64,000 bases of DNA from Alphaproteobacteria bacterium (GCA_965205265.1 CBDBGH010000003.1:3456001-3520000), one strand, 5' to 3'; shown: positions 20,101-31,955, counted from the first letter of the stretch. Notes: generated from the letters alone by a model not told the origin. A program made the numbers and translations.

Positions 20101-21646
20101 CAGGATCGCCGATGCGAAGGGCGAGCGCCTGGCGCTGCGCTCGCGGCCGGCCTCGGCCAACCTCGCCGAGACCGCCGCCTTCATGGACGGGACCAAGCGC
20201 ATCCTTGTCTTCTCCATGGCCGGCGGCACCGGCAGGAGCTACCACGCCGATCTCTCCTGCGGGAACACCGAACGCCGCATCCACTACCTGCTGGAGCCCG
20301 GCTGGCGCGCCGACCAGGCGATCCAGGGCCTAGGCCGCACCCACCGCACGCACCAGGCCTCCGCCCCGCTGTTCCGCCCCGTCACCACCGACGTCAAGGG
20401 CGAACGCAGGTTCATCGCCACCATCGCAAGGCGGCTCGACAGCCTCGGCGCCATCACGCGGGGCCAGCGGGATTCCCAGACCGCCATGGGCGGCCGCGAT
20501 GCGGCGCTGTTCCGCGAGAGCGACAACCTGGAGAGCGTCTACGCCCGCGCTGCGCTGCGTCAGTTCTACGGCGCGCTCTGGCGCGGCGTCATCGACGACT
20601 GGACCTTGGAGCGCTTCGAGACCGCCACCGGCCTCAGGCTCACCTGGGAAGGCGGCCTCAAGGACAACCTGCCGCCGATGCCGACGTTCCTCAATCGGCT
20701 GCTGGCGCTTCCCATCGCCGAGCAGAACCAACTCTTCGCCGAACTGGAGGACCGCATCGCCGCCAACATCGAGCAGGCCATCGAGGCCGGCACCCATGAG
20801 GTCGGCGTCGAGACCGTCACCGCCGATTCGCTCATCGTCGCCGGGCGCGAGACCCTCCACGCGCATCCCGGCGCCGGCGCGGCGACCGAACTCGTCGAGA
20901 TCGTCCGTTGCGACCGGCTGGCGCCGCTCGCCGCCGAGGCCGCGCTGGAGATCGGCGAACGCGATCCCGGCCCCGACGGGAAGCCGCGCCTCGCCGTCAA
21001 TGCCCGCTCCGGGCGCGCCGCCGTCCTCCTGCCGGCGCCCTCGCGCCTGTTCGACGACGGCGGCGTCCAGGAACGGGTCCGCCTGATCCGGCCCGCCGCA
21101 GCTGAGACCATGGCCCGGGCCGAACTCGACGCCTCCCGTTGGCGCCGCGCCGACGAGGCCAGGTGGCGCGCTGTGTGGGACGCCGAGATCGCCGGCCTGC
21201 CGTCGCACCGGGACTCGCGCTTCTGGCTCGCCACCGGCCTGCTGCTGCCGGTCTGGGACCGCCTGCCGGCCGACAACATGCGCGTGCGCCGGCTCACCGC
21301 CGACTGCGGCGCGGCCATCATCGGCCGCGTGCTCGACGCCGAACAGGTCCGCGCCGTGCGGCTGAGCTTCGGCCTCGGCGGCGGTCCCGCCATGACCGGC
21401 GCCGAAGCCTTCGAGGCGGTCATGGGACGCGGCAACGCCCTCGCCCTCGCCAATGGTTGGCGGCTCGCCCGCCGGAGGATCATGGGCGCCGACCGCATCG
21501 AGGTCGAGGGGCCGGACGACACCGACGTGGACACGCTGAAGCGCATGGGCTGCACGGTGGAGATCGTCTCCTTCCGCGCCCGCATCTTCGCGCCCACGGC
21601 GGAGGCGCTCGAACGCATCCTCGAACGCTGGCCGCTCGCCGCCTGA
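17171..21646 (+). CDS. Strawberry-notch family methyltransferase/helicase
   Basis: QQFSTP, LEPSAGTG, MNPPF (N6-MTase motifs), GDGTGCGKGRQ, DEAH, SATGAT, QGLGRTHRT. Confidence 0.92.
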   Translation: MLDARPAPDALARPPLAANPIDRPAARPVRGDATLAAAQALLPVLEAGTPLDAATLRETMTAAFGATDAAGGWVWKDAWEAAEAAVVLFLRRHGRAMRRHAGPGPDGPHRMLAMLEAVAALEPSHTRRSEEQVRLQQFSTPLPLAWAVLQAAAVGPGDVVLEPSAGTGMLAVMAECALRGRAAGALHLNEVAATRARLLAGLFPHAPVTAFNAEAIADRLRGVRPTVVLMNPPFSATPGVARINHGADLRHVRSAASMLPPGGRLVAITSARCVLGDAVGRLDPPARCIFTMAIDGRAYARRGTGFDTRLSVLERGAGPAIHLDGTARAANAAELLDAVIAGVPSRLYMAPPPVPACPARDLFGKPAVAKPATRRGPKPASTPETRQSHDWGPVSELAVETDPVEPAADAPANDAGPWAPWRPGVVRMAGAVAHPTPLVQSAAMAAVPHPVPTYRPMLPDRVVTEGLLSDAQLESVVLAGEAHAPHLAADYRIGSGWETVHRCREDGGDDREEVVTSEGEPLSAPVRFRRGWMLGDGTGCGKGRQVAAIILDNRLRGRKKALWLSQSDKLLEDARRDWTALGGLESDVIPLGSFRQGMEIPLDAGILFATYATLRSPSRQGKPSRLDQIVAWLAGSLDEEDRHGFDGVVVFDEAHAMANAAGSKGERGETKPSQQGRAGLRLQNALPDARIAYVSATGATTVPGLAYAGRLGLWAAGETPFETRAAFVSAMEAGGVAAMEVVARDLKALGLYQARALAYDGIEVDILEHPLTPEQRRIWDAYAGAFKVIQANIEEALTATGIVQGGDTLNRNAKGAALSAFEATKQRFFGHLLTGMKCPSLIRAVEADLDAGRSAVVQLVSTGEALMERRIAEVPASEWDDLNIDLTPRDAILAYLMHAFPVQLQEPFTDDGGNLLSRPATDTQGNPVICKEAEERRDALIGKLAALPPVPTALDRIVQHFGHEAVAEVTGRSRRVLRIADAKGERLALRSRPASANLAETAAFMDGTKRILVFSMAGGTGRSYHADLSCGNTERRIHYLLEPGWRADQAIQGLGRTHRTHQASAPLFRPVTTDVKGERRFIATIARRLDSLGAITRGQRDSQTAMGGRDAALFRESDNLESVYARAALRQFYGALWRGVIDDWTLERFETATGLRLTWEGGLKDNLPPMPTFLNRLLALPIAEQNQLFAELEDRIAANIEQAIEAGTHEVGVETVTADSLIVAGRETLHAHPGAGAATELVEIVRCDRLAPLAAEAALEIGERDPGPDGKPRLAVNARSGRAAVLLPAPSRLFDDGGVQERVRLIRPAAAETMARAELDASRWRRADEARWRAVWDAEIAGLPSHRDSRFWLATGLLLPVWDRLPADNMRVRRLTADCGAAIIGRVLDAEQVRAVRLSFGLGGGPAMTGAEAFEAVMGRGNALALANGWRLARRRIMGADRIEVEGPDDTDVDTLKRMGCTVEIVSFRARIFAPTAEALERILERWPLAA

Positions 21647-21753
21647 GCGGCCCGTGTGTTACCCATGGCCGGCCCGGCGCCCGCTGTCATGACGCCGTCG
21701 GCGCATCGAGGTCCGTACCGCCGGCCCCGATTCCACGGACAAGGAGCACCTTC

Positions 21754-22023
21754 ATGACCGCGCAGACCCTGCCCGACGAACCCGACTTCTGCTTCGTCCC
21801 GGCCTGGGACGTCGAAACCGACGTGCAGCAGATCCGCATCGTCATCGAGGGGCTGGCCGGCCATGTGCCGACCGCCCTGATCGCGTTGAACCTCGACGAT
21901 GCGCTGAACATCTGCGACAAGCTCAACCGCCGCCTCGGCCACGACCGCGAGGCCTGGACCGCCATGGCCGCCGCCTCCATGCAGGCCGAGGACGACGATC
22001 CCGGGGGCGGCGCATCGCACTGA
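21754..22023 (+). CDS. Hypothetical protein
   Basis: AAGGAG RBS; MTAQTLPDEPDFCFVPAWD... Confidence 0.65.
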   Translation: MTAQTLPDEPDFCFVPAWDVETDVQQIRIVIEGLAGHVPTALIALNLDDALNICDKLNRRLGHDREAWTAMAAASMQAEDDDPGGGASH

Positions 22024-22034
22024 GCCGTTCCCCT

Positions 22035-22051
22035 GCTGCGCAGCCGGCCCG
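22035..22051 (+). repeat. 17-bp direct repeat left of the TA module
   Basis: GCTGCGCAGCCGGCCCG, identical to 22888-22904. Confidence 0.8.
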
Positions 22052-22062
22052 CGGGCGGCGGC

Positions 22063-22091
22063 TTGCCGATCATCTACACAAATGCTATATC
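22063..22091 (+). promoter_or_regulatory. Sigma70-like promoter of the TA operon
   Basis: TTGCCG-17 bp-TATATC with TGn extended -10. Confidence 0.5.
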
Positions 22092-22138
22092 TCGAAACTG
22101 ACCCAACACCCCGTGCCTTGCGCAAGAAGGAGACCGTC

Positions 22139-22396
22139 ATGCCCCAGGTGAACTTCCGCACGTCCAGCGAGCGCCTGACCGTCATCGACCGCGCGGCGGC
22201 GATTCGGGGGGTCAGCCGCACCGAGTTCGTGCTGCGCTCCAGCGAGGCGGCGGCGATCGAGGTCCTGAACGAGCGCCCGGTCATCGCCCTCGACGACGAG
22301 GCCTGGGACGACTTCGTCGCCGCGCTCGACGCGCCGGTGGAGGTCGACCCCGCCGTGAAGGCGCGCTACGCGCGCAAGCCCCTGTGGGACCGCTAG
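22139..22396 (+). CDS. DUF1778 RHH antitoxin (TacA/AtaR type)
   Basis: VNFRT...IDRAAAIRGVSRTEFVL...LDDEAWDDFVAALDAP; directly upstream of a GNAT gene. Confidence 0.9.
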   Translation: MPQVNFRTSSERLTVIDRAAAIRGVSRTEFVLRSSEAAAIEVLNERPVIALDDEAWDDFVAALDAPVEVDPAVKARYARKPLWDR

Positions 22397-22887
22397 GCCC
22401 GCCTGAGCCGCTCGCGCCCCGCCACGACATCTCGCAGTTCTCCTCGGGGGTCCCCACCCTCGACGCTTGGCTGCACGGCAAGGCGCGGCTGAACGAGGCC
22501 AGGGGCGGCGCGCGCACCTATGTGGCCTGCGACGGCGACCGCGTGGCCGGCTTCTACAGCCTCGCCGCCAGTTCCGCCGAACGGCGGCGGCTGTCGTCCC
22601 GGGTCGGCCGGAACATGCCCGACCCGGTCCCGGTCATCCTGCTGGGGCAGCTTGCGGTCGACGAGGCCTGGCGGGGCCGGGGTCTCGGCTCCGACCTCCT
22701 GGTCGACGCCGCGAGACGCGCGCTCGCTGCCGCCGGCGTGGTCGGCGCCCGCGCTGTCGTCGTGCAGGCCATCGACGATCGCGCCCGGGCCTTCTACGAA
22801 AGGTTCGGCTTCCATCCGTTCTCCGAGCGTGAGCCGCTCATGCTGGTGCTGCGCATGTCCGAGATCGACCGGCTCCTGGCGCCCTGA
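22384..22887 (+). CDS. GNAT acetyltransferase toxin (TacT/AtaT type)
   Basis: FSSG..LDAWL, VAGFYSL, P.PVILLGQLAVD...RGRGLG, A.AFYERFGF. Confidence 0.9.
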   Translation: MGPLGPPEPLAPRHDISQFSSGVPTLDAWLHGKARLNEARGGARTYVACDGDRVAGFYSLAASSAERRRLSSRVGRNMPDPVPVILLGQLAVDEAWRGRGLGSDLLVDAARRALAAAGVVGARAVVVQAIDDRARAFYERFGFHPFSEREPLMLVLRMSEIDRLLAP

Positions 22888-22904
22888 GCTGCGCAGCCGG
22901 CCCG
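22888..22904 (+). repeat. 17-bp direct repeat right of the TA module
   Basis: GCTGCGCAGCCGGCCCG immediately after the toxin stop codon. Confidence 0.8.
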
Positions 22905-23314
22905 TCGCCGCCCTCTCGGCCGCGCGGGCCAGGACCAGGCGATCCGGACGGGCAAGCTGAACAGTACCTCCCATATCGCCGCGGCCACCGGCCCGAACAC
23001 GCCGGCGGACACCGCCGCCGGAACCGTCAGGGCGCCGAGGCCGCTTCCCGCCGCCCGGTCCGCGCGCCGGTAGCCGGACCGACACAGGCGCCGGCCGCCA
23101 GGGGCTGACGGCAAACCGCGGGGCGCGGCCGGCGCAAGCGGTCCCGGGGCCGCCAACCGCTCTCTGGGACTCCGAACGCCGCATGGGACGGACCGAACCG
23201 GGTCGCAGCCGCAGAGCCGGAGAGGAGCGCCTGTCGGGCGAGTGTCCGGCAGGCCGGAGAGAGTGGTCTTTCCGCGCCGATGCCGGGCCGGGCAACGGCA
23301 GAGGAGACCCCGCC

Positions 23315-23524
23315 ATGTTCCATCCCGACCATTCCCTCGACGATCAGACCGGCGAACTGCTCGCCGAGCTTGGCATCCCGTCCGCCTGCGTGCGCGAAGT
23401 GATCGCCGAGGACCGGGCGCTGCGCTGCGCCGACCGCGAGGCGGTGTTTCCCGAACGGCGCATCGCGGACCTCTTCCCGGCTCCCGCGCCCGCCCCGGCC
23501 TGCCGGAGGTGGAGGAGGGCTTGA
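23315..23524 (+). CDS. Small hypothetical protein upstream of ssb
   Basis: GAGGAG RBS; ELLAELGI....REVIA resembles ELLAEAGL....REVLA at 41516. Confidence 0.55.
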   Translation: MFHPDHSLDDQTGELLAELGIPSACVREVIAEDRALRCADREAVFPERRIADLFPAPAPAPACRRWRRA

Positions 23525-23616
23525 GGAGATCGAACGGTCGGGGGGTCGGGAGAGTGACCCCGGCCCCGGCCGTTCGCAAGCAAACGTCAGCAACCAGCCT
23601 TGCAAGGAGATTCTCC

Positions 23617-24063
23617 ATGGCATTCGGTCTCAACCGCGCCGAACTGATCGGCCGCCTCGGCGCCGACGTCGCCGTCAATCACCTCCAGAGCGGCGGCCGC
23701 GTCGCCAATCTGAGCATCGCCACCGACGAGTCCTACATCGACGCCAAGACCGGCGAGCGGGTCGACCGCACCGAGTGGCACCGCATCGTCACCTTCCAGG
23801 ACGGCCTGATCGACATGCTGGTCAGGCACGCGGTCAAGGGCCGTCTGGTCTACGTCGCCGGCAAGCTCCAGACCCGGCGCTGGAAGAAGGAGGGCGAGGA
23901 CTCCGACCGCTTCTCCACCGAGATCCTGCTGGTCCCGGGCGGCCGCGTCCAGTTCCTCGACAAGGCCAACGGCTCCCGGCCGCAGCCCGACCCGGACATG
24001 GCGGGCGACGCCGCTCCGGTTGCGGCGCCCGCCGACATGGACGGCGACCGGATTCCGTTCTGA
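23617..24063 (+). CDS. ssb: Single-stranded DNA-binding protein (copy 1)
   Basis: LNRAELIGRLG, SIATDES, TEWHRIV, KGRLVYVAGKLQTRRW, C-terminal DRIPF. Confidence 0.95.
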   Translation: MAFGLNRAELIGRLGADVAVNHLQSGGRVANLSIATDESYIDAKTGERVDRTEWHRIVTFQDGLIDMLVRHAVKGRLVYVAGKLQTRRWKKEGEDSDRFSTEILLVPGGRVQFLDKANGSRPQPDPDMAGDAAPVAAPADMDGDRIPF

Positions 24064-24090
24064 TCGGCGTCATGCTTCCTCCCCGGCCTG

Positions 24091-24118
24091 GCCGGCGCTT
24101 CGGCGCCGGTCTTTTTTT
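24091..24118 (+). terminator. Rho-independent terminator
   Basis: GCCGGCGC-TTCG-GCGCCGGT followed by T7. Confidence 0.75.
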
Positions 24119-24293
24119 GCTGCCGGTCCGGAGGCGTCCCCGGTTCCATGGCGCGTCCGCGCTTCGCGCGGCGCGCGCCTTCTCCGGCGCCGGCCGGAGG
24201 CGGAGGCCGGCCGGTATCGGGCGTTCCGTTCCCATGCAGGAGTCCCGCCATGCCCGATGACAGGTTCCGCCGCCGTCCCGCCGGGGGCCGGCC

Positions 24294-25268
24294 ATGAACG
24301 CCGGCGCCCTCGCCGCCGCGCTCGCGGCGCGCGCCGAGGCGGTCTGCCGCCACTATTTGCCCCACGGCCGTCGCCAGGGCCGCTACTGGATCTGCGGCGA
24401 TCTCGACGGCGCCCGCGGGCGCTCCCTCTTCGTCCGCCTTTCCGGCCCCGGCAAGCCGGGCGGCTGGACGGATGCCGCCACCGGCGAGCACGGCGACCTG
24501 CTCGACATCATCCGCCACCGCTCCCGCGCGCCGACGCTGCGCGCGGCGCTCGACGAGGCGCGGCGCTTCCTCGCCTTGCCGGCTGCGCCGGCAACGGCAT
24601 CGGACGACCCCTGGGACGCCACCGAGGCGGCGCGCCGCCTGTGGCGCGGCTGCCGCGCCCTCGACGGCAGTCACGCCGAGCGCTATCTCCACGCCCGCGG
24701 GCTCGGCCGCTGCCGCTTCGCGGCGCTGCGCTTCCACCCGGCCCTTCGCTACCGCGAAGGCGCCTCGGTGCGCCGCCTCCCGGCGCTGGTCGCCGCCGTC
24801 ACCGGCGGCGACGGCCGGCTCTTCGGCGTCCAGCGCACCTGGCTCGATCCGTTCCAACCCGCCAAGGCGGGGGTCGCGCATCCGCGCAAGGCGCTCGGCC
24901 GCATCCACGGCCTCGCGGTGCGCTTCGGCGTTCCCGCCGACGACGCTGCGCTCGTCGTCGGCGAGGGCATCGAGACCGTGCTCTCGCTGGTCGCCGCCGT
25001 GCCGGAAATCCGCGCCGCGGCAGCGCTCTCGGCCGGCAGCCTCGGCGCATTCGCGCCTCCGCCCGGCCTCGCCCGGCTGGTGATCGCGCGCGACAACGAC
25101 GAGGAGGGCGCGCGCGCCGCCGAACGCCTCGCCCGGCGCTCCGCGCGGGCCGGCGTCGCCGCCACGGTGATCGTCCCTCAGGGCAACGACTTCAACGACG
25201 ACCTGGTCGCGCTCGGCGCGGCGGCGCTGCGCGCCCGCCTCGCGCCCCTGTTCCGCGCCGGCGCCTGA
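24294..25268 (+). CDS. Toprim-domain (primase-like) protein, copy 1
   Basis: GRYWICGD, GDLLD, YLHARG, LRFHP, GVQRTWL, GEGIET, ARDND, DFND. Confidence 0.85.
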   Translation: MNAGALAAALAARAEAVCRHYLPHGRRQGRYWICGDLDGARGRSLFVRLSGPGKPGGWTDAATGEHGDLLDIIRHRSRAPTLRAALDEARRFLALPAAPATASDDPWDATEAARRLWRGCRALDGSHAERYLHARGLGRCRFAALRFHPALRYREGASVRRLPALVAAVTGGDGRLFGVQRTWLDPFQPAKAGVAHPRKALGRIHGLAVRFGVPADDAALVVGEGIETVLSLVAAVPEIRAAAALSAGSLGAFAPPPGLARLVIARDNDEEGARAAERLARRSARAGVAATVIVPQGNDFNDDLVALGAAALRARLAPLFRAGA

Positions 25269-25336
25269 CCCAGTCCGGGGAGGGAGAGGAAAGCGGAGGC
25301 CGGGCAAGCCGCCCCGAAGAGAGGAGGAGGGAGATC

Positions 25337-25672
25337 ATGAGTTCCGTCATCAACCTGAAGCACGCGCCCACGCTGCGCGCGCTGCTCGCCCGCCATCCGG
25401 TGCAGGACGCCGCCGTCCTGATCGACCGCCGCACGCCCTGGGGCAATCCGTTCCGGATCGGCCCCGGCCAGGACCGCGCCCGGGCGACCGCGCGCTACCG
25501 CGCCGATCTCTGGCGGCGCATCCGCGCCGGCGAGATCGATCTGGAGGCGCTGGCCGCGCTGCATGGCCGCCGCCTCGCCTGCTGGTGCGCGCCGCTGCCC
25601 TGTCACGGCCATGTGCTGGCCCGTGCCGCGGCCTGGGCGGCGCGGCAGCTGGCGGACGGGGGCGCGTCATGA
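25337..25672 (+). CDS. DUF4326 protein, copy 1
   Basis: IDRRTPWGNPF...L.GRRLACWCAPLPCHGHVL. Confidence 0.85.
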   Translation: MSSVINLKHAPTLRALLARHPVQDAAVLIDRRTPWGNPFRIGPGQDRARATARYRADLWRRIRAGEIDLEALAALHGRRLACWCAPLPCHGHVLARAAAWAARQLADGGAS

Positions 25673-25896
25673 GTGCCATCGCCTTCCGCCGTATCGCACC
25701 GGACGTGGCGCGCGTCTACTGCGACGGCGACCATGTCGGCGACGTCTGCGCCCGCGACGATCCGCTGCGCGAGGGCGCGCGGTATTACGTCATCCATCTC
25801 GACGAGGATCCGCGCGGTCCCTGCCGCGTCCATGACCGCGACCGCATCCGCGAGGTGGCCAGGCAGCGGATCCTCTCGCATCCGCTGTGGGGGTGA
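25669..25896 (+). CDS. Hypothetical protein, copy 1
   Basis: ATGA overlap; conserved paralog at 43870. Confidence 0.7.
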   Translation: MSAIAFRRIAPDVARVYCDGDHVGDVCARDDPLREGARYYVIHLDEDPRGPCRVHDRDRIREVARQRILSHPLWG

Positions 25897-26150
25897 ACCG
25901 CTGTCCATCGGCGCCCCATCGAACGGTGCGGGGATCGTCCGGGCGATGCCTCCGGTCGCTGGCGCTCCCTGCGCGCTTCGCTTGCACGGCCGGCCGCCAG
26001 GTCCGGGAGCACTCCCGGAGGCCGTGCCGGGCCGCACCGCCCAAGGGGTCCGTGCGTGTTGAAACAGATACGCACCCTGCTGTGATGTCCCATTGTGCCA
26101 CACGTGCTCACTCCACCAACCCGCTGCGCGGGTCCTCCGCTCCGCTCCGG

Positions 26151-26283
26151 CCGGGACTCGCAATGAAACGGCGCTCGCGCGCCTAGGCCCGATGGCGCGC
26201 GCGACCGTGGCTCCGCGCTCGCTGCGCTCGCTTGTGCGCCCGCACCATCGCGCACCCCATCGGGCCATTCATTCCGGTCCCGG
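26151..26283. promoter_or_regulatory. Large stem-loop upstream of DUF2493 (candidate Frpo/ssi-like ssDNA promoter or primosome site)
   Basis: Nested stems ccgggac..aatgaa / ttcatt..gtcccgg and ggcccgatgg / ccatcgggcc; covaries with 44312-44445. Confidence 0.55.
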
Positions 26284-27038
26284 TGGTTCCGCTGCGCGCG
26301 CGTGACCCAACAGGACACCACACCGGGGATCGGCCCCGGACGTGAAACCGATCAAGGAGATCGACATGAACACCATCATCGACACCATCGAGAGCACCGC
26401 GCACTCCGTCACCGCAACCGTCTGCGAAAACGCGGCGCTCTACGGCGCCACCCCCGAGCGCGACGAGTTCGATACCCGCGCCATCTGGGACCAGGACGGC
26501 GCCATCGATGCCGTCGCCGAAGCCTTCCGCGTCATCGCCGCCGACGTCTGCCCCGACGGCTTCCAGCTCGCCGACGAGCGCGAGAGCCTGCTCTGGGGCT
26601 TCGTCAACATGCTCCACGCCCAGACACAGCGCATCGAGCGCTCCGTCGACAGGCTCACCCCCGAACTCCGCGACCTCCAGCGCGAACAGGACGGCTCCGA
26701 GATCAAGTCCCGCGAACTCGAACTCGTCACCGACCGCGCACAGAACCTCGGAGACCGACGCGACGCCTTCGAGACCCTATAGCGCGACAATCTGGGTGAG
26801 AGCCGCGCGTCAATCAGGATGAGATTCCCCGGCGGCATCGGCGAGTTGATGATTGTCGCGCGGGGCGCGGATTGCAAGCGGTTTCGGATTTTGATTGTCG
26901 CGGCGCGACAAACAAGGTTTTCGGAGAGCGTTTTGATTGTCGCGGGGGGGCCGTCGGGTCGGAGAAGAGACGGCCCGCGGAGGCGATTCCCGCGGGCCGT
27001 GAGTGTTGTGGCCGCTGGGCCGATCTGGCGGCAGCGGT

Positions 27039-29386
<2,348 letters not shown>

Positions 29387-30453
29387 CTACTCGGAAAAAC
29401 GTCACCGTTCGCCCAGCCGACCGACCCCGCCAGAAGGTCCAGGAAAAATTTTTTGAGGCGGCGGCCCGGAACTCCGGTCGGGCTACGCCCTCCCTCCGTT
29501 CCGGGCCGCCGCCTTCCCCCGTCTCATCCTGATTGTCGCCAGCGTCTCAAGCTGATTGTCGCGCCGCAAGACCCTGCGCGACGCCGCCGCCGACGCCTAC
29601 CGCGACGCCACCGGCGAGGTCTGGCGCCCCCGGCGCGGCAGCCACGTCTCCGAAACCGGCAAGCTGACCTCCGCCAGCATCGACGCCCGCGACTTCATCC
29701 GCGCCCGCAAGGACCGCAAGACCGCCGCCCACCTGCCGCAGGGCACCCTCGTCGCCATCGCCGGCGGCAGGGACATCGCCGACCCCGCCGCCGTCATCGC
29801 ACGCCTCGACCAGGCCCGCGCCAAGTACGCCGACATCGTCCTCGTCCACGGCGGCGGCCCCGGCGTCGAGAAGATCGCCGCAGGCTGGGCCGAGCGGAAC
29901 GGCGTCCACCAGGTCGTCTGCAAGCCCGACTGGGACCGCCACGGGCGCGCCGCACCCTTCCGCCGCAACGACGAACTCCTCAACCTCCTGCCCAAGGGCG
30001 TCATCGCCTTCCCCGGCTCCGGCATCACCGAGAACCTCGTCGACAAGGCGCGCCAGCTCGGCATCCCGGTCATGCGCTGCGCCGCCTAATCCGCAACACT
30101 CTCGCGGGCCGCACCGTCGCTCCGGCGGCAGTGCGGCCCGTTTCCGCGTGCGCACACCGGTCGCTGCAACGCCATCCTCGCGCGCGCTCCGCGCCGCGCT
30201 CGGGCTCCGCATCCGCGTCACCCGACGCTGCACCATGCCGCGCATGAGTGCACCGGCCACTGCGCCGAACCCGGCGCACTGCCGCCCGCGCGCCCTCGCA
30301 TCATGCTCCGCATGAATGCTCCGGACGCCGCGCCCGACGCCGCCGCTCACACGCCGCGGCGGCTTCCCTCCGCCGCTCTCGCCGGCGTCGATTCCCCCAT
30401 CGTCAATGCCGCAGACTCAGCCGTCCCGACCGCCCGGGGCGGCCTCGGTTCGT

Positions 30454-30476
30454 CACACCCGACGCATCTGTGATGC
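30454..30476 (-). other. MOBF-type nic/oriT core (site A)
   Basis: Minus strand GCATC-ACA-GATGC-GTCGGGTGT^G; compare F TGCGTGGGGTGT^G and R388 GCACC-GAAA-GGTGC-GTATTGTCT^A. Confidence 0.7.
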
Positions 30477-30680
30477 CTTTTCGCCTTCCGGTTGGCGTTG
30501 CGGGAGGTTGCCGGGGAACCCTTGTTTTGCAACGGTTTCCGGTCTTCCCGCCTGCCGCTTCCTTGTCCTCCTGCCCGCGAGCCCGGGGCCCTGTCCAGGA
30601 CACGTTGTGGCATGTCCTGCGGGTCGGGTCCACCCGTCCCGGACGCTCGGCCCCTTCCGGCGCGCCGCGGCCGGGTTCGT

Positions 30681-31955
30681 TCAGAACTGGCGCACGAAGC
30701 TGAGTTCGGCGCGGTTGCGCCGGTAGTCGAGGGCCTGGGCGTTGGTCTTGCGCTGCTCGCGGATGAGGGAGAGGCGGGGGCTGAAGCCGAGCACGGTCAC
30801 GGCGCGGTTGTGGACCGAGACCGAGAGGGTCCGCGTGTCGTCCCGGCGCGGCTTGCGGTCGATGGTGCGGTGGGCGGCGCCGCCGCCCTCATAGTCGGTG
30901 CGCTGCAGGGCGGCGCGCAGGCCGAGCGTGAAGCCGGCCGGCAGCGCCAGCGTGGCGCCGAGGCTCGCCCGCGGGCCGCTGTTGCGCCAGTGTTCGGCCC
31001 TGGCGCGGGCCCAGCTCCAGCCGGCATTGCCGCCGAGGCGCAGGATGGTCAGCGCGGCCCAGTTGGCGCCGAGCGAGACGTCGCCCACCGGGCCGTCGAG
31101 CCAGTCGCAGCCGCGGCAGTTGCGCCGGGCGGCGCCGGCGCGGGCGAAGAGCGCGAGGCGCGGCGTCAGCAGATGCTCGCCTTCGAGGCGCAGGCCGACG
31201 CTGTCGGTCTCGGGCCGGCCGGCGGTCCATTGCCGGTCCGCGGTCGCCAGCAGGCTCGCTTCGGTGCGGGCGTCGATCAGCCAGCGCGGGCCGACATGGG
31301 CGGCAAGGAAATGCCGGTCGAACTCCCCGCCCCTGTATTCCCGGACGCTGGCGTCCGCCCCGGCGCGCAGGCGCAGGCGGTCGTTCAGCGGATGCTGGTA
31401 TTCGCCGCCGCCCCAGAAGGAGACGCCGAGGCCGGATTCGGGCTTCGCGGGATCGTCCAGGGTGAAAGGCAGCCGGCCGAACGGGGTGTCGAGGAAGACC
31501 GTGCGCTCGCCCGAGGCGGCGTTGAGGTTGCTGTCCGGGACGATGGCCGCCCCGAACCACGCCTCCCAGCGCCGCCGCGCGCGGATGATGTCGAGGAAGC
31601 GCCGGATGTTGGCGGCGACCGCCGGGGGCACGTCGCCCGCCAGCACCTGCTCGAAATGCCGCCGCGCCAGCGTGTCCTCCTCCTTCAGGAAGAAGGCGCG
31701 GGCGAGTTCGAGACGCACCCGCACCAGCTCCGGGCGGTCCACCAGGATGGCCCGGAAGGCGGCGACCGCCTCGTCGAGCCTGCCCTCGCGGGCTTCCCGG
31801 TCCGGTGCGGCATCGGCGGCGGCAAGCGCCTCCATCCCGGCCCGGAAGCGCATGTCGGTCGCATCCTGGCCCAGGGCGGGGCGCGCGACGGGCGCCGCAA
31901 CAAGCAGGACCGACAGCCCCGCCAGCACGGGAACAAGGAACCGGAAAGGTCTCAT
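30681..31955 (-). CDS. Slam / DUF560 surface-lipoprotein translocator (type 11 secretion), copy 1
   Basis: Signal peptide, TPR segment (P.LVRVRLELARAFF...ARRHFE.VLA), DSNLN motif, amphipathic beta strands, C-terminal Phe. Confidence 0.85.
   Translation of the reverse strand: MRPFRFLVPVLAGLSVLLVAAPVARPALGQDATDMRFRAGMEALAAADAAPDREAREGRLDEAVAAFRAILVDRPELVRVRLELARAFFLKEEDTLARRHFEQVLAGDVPPAVAANIRRFLDIIRARRRWEAWFGAAIVPDSNLNAASGERTVFLDTPFGRLPFTLDDPAKPESGLGVSFWGGGEYQHPLNDRLRLRAGADASVREYRGGEFDRHFLAAHVGPRWLIDARTEASLLATADRQWTAGRPETDSVGLRLEGEHLLTPRLALFARAGAARRNCRGCDWLDGPVGDVSLGANWAALTILRLGGNAGWSWARARAEHWRNSGPRASLGATLALPAGFTLGLRAALQRTDYEGGGAAHRTIDRKPRRDDTRTLSVSVHNRAVTVLGFSPRLSLIREQRKTNAQALDYRRNRAELSFVRQF

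Noticed and set aside
6816-22284. Long minus-strand ORFs (575, 878, 739, 658, 1086, 572 aa)
   Set aside because: These are shadows of recognisable plus-strand genes in high-GC DNA and have no motifs.
26778-26945. Short GATTGTCGCG repeats as a CRISPR array or iterons
   Set aside because: They are irregularly spaced subterminal IS21 transposase-binding repeats, present at both ends of both copies; no cas genes are present.
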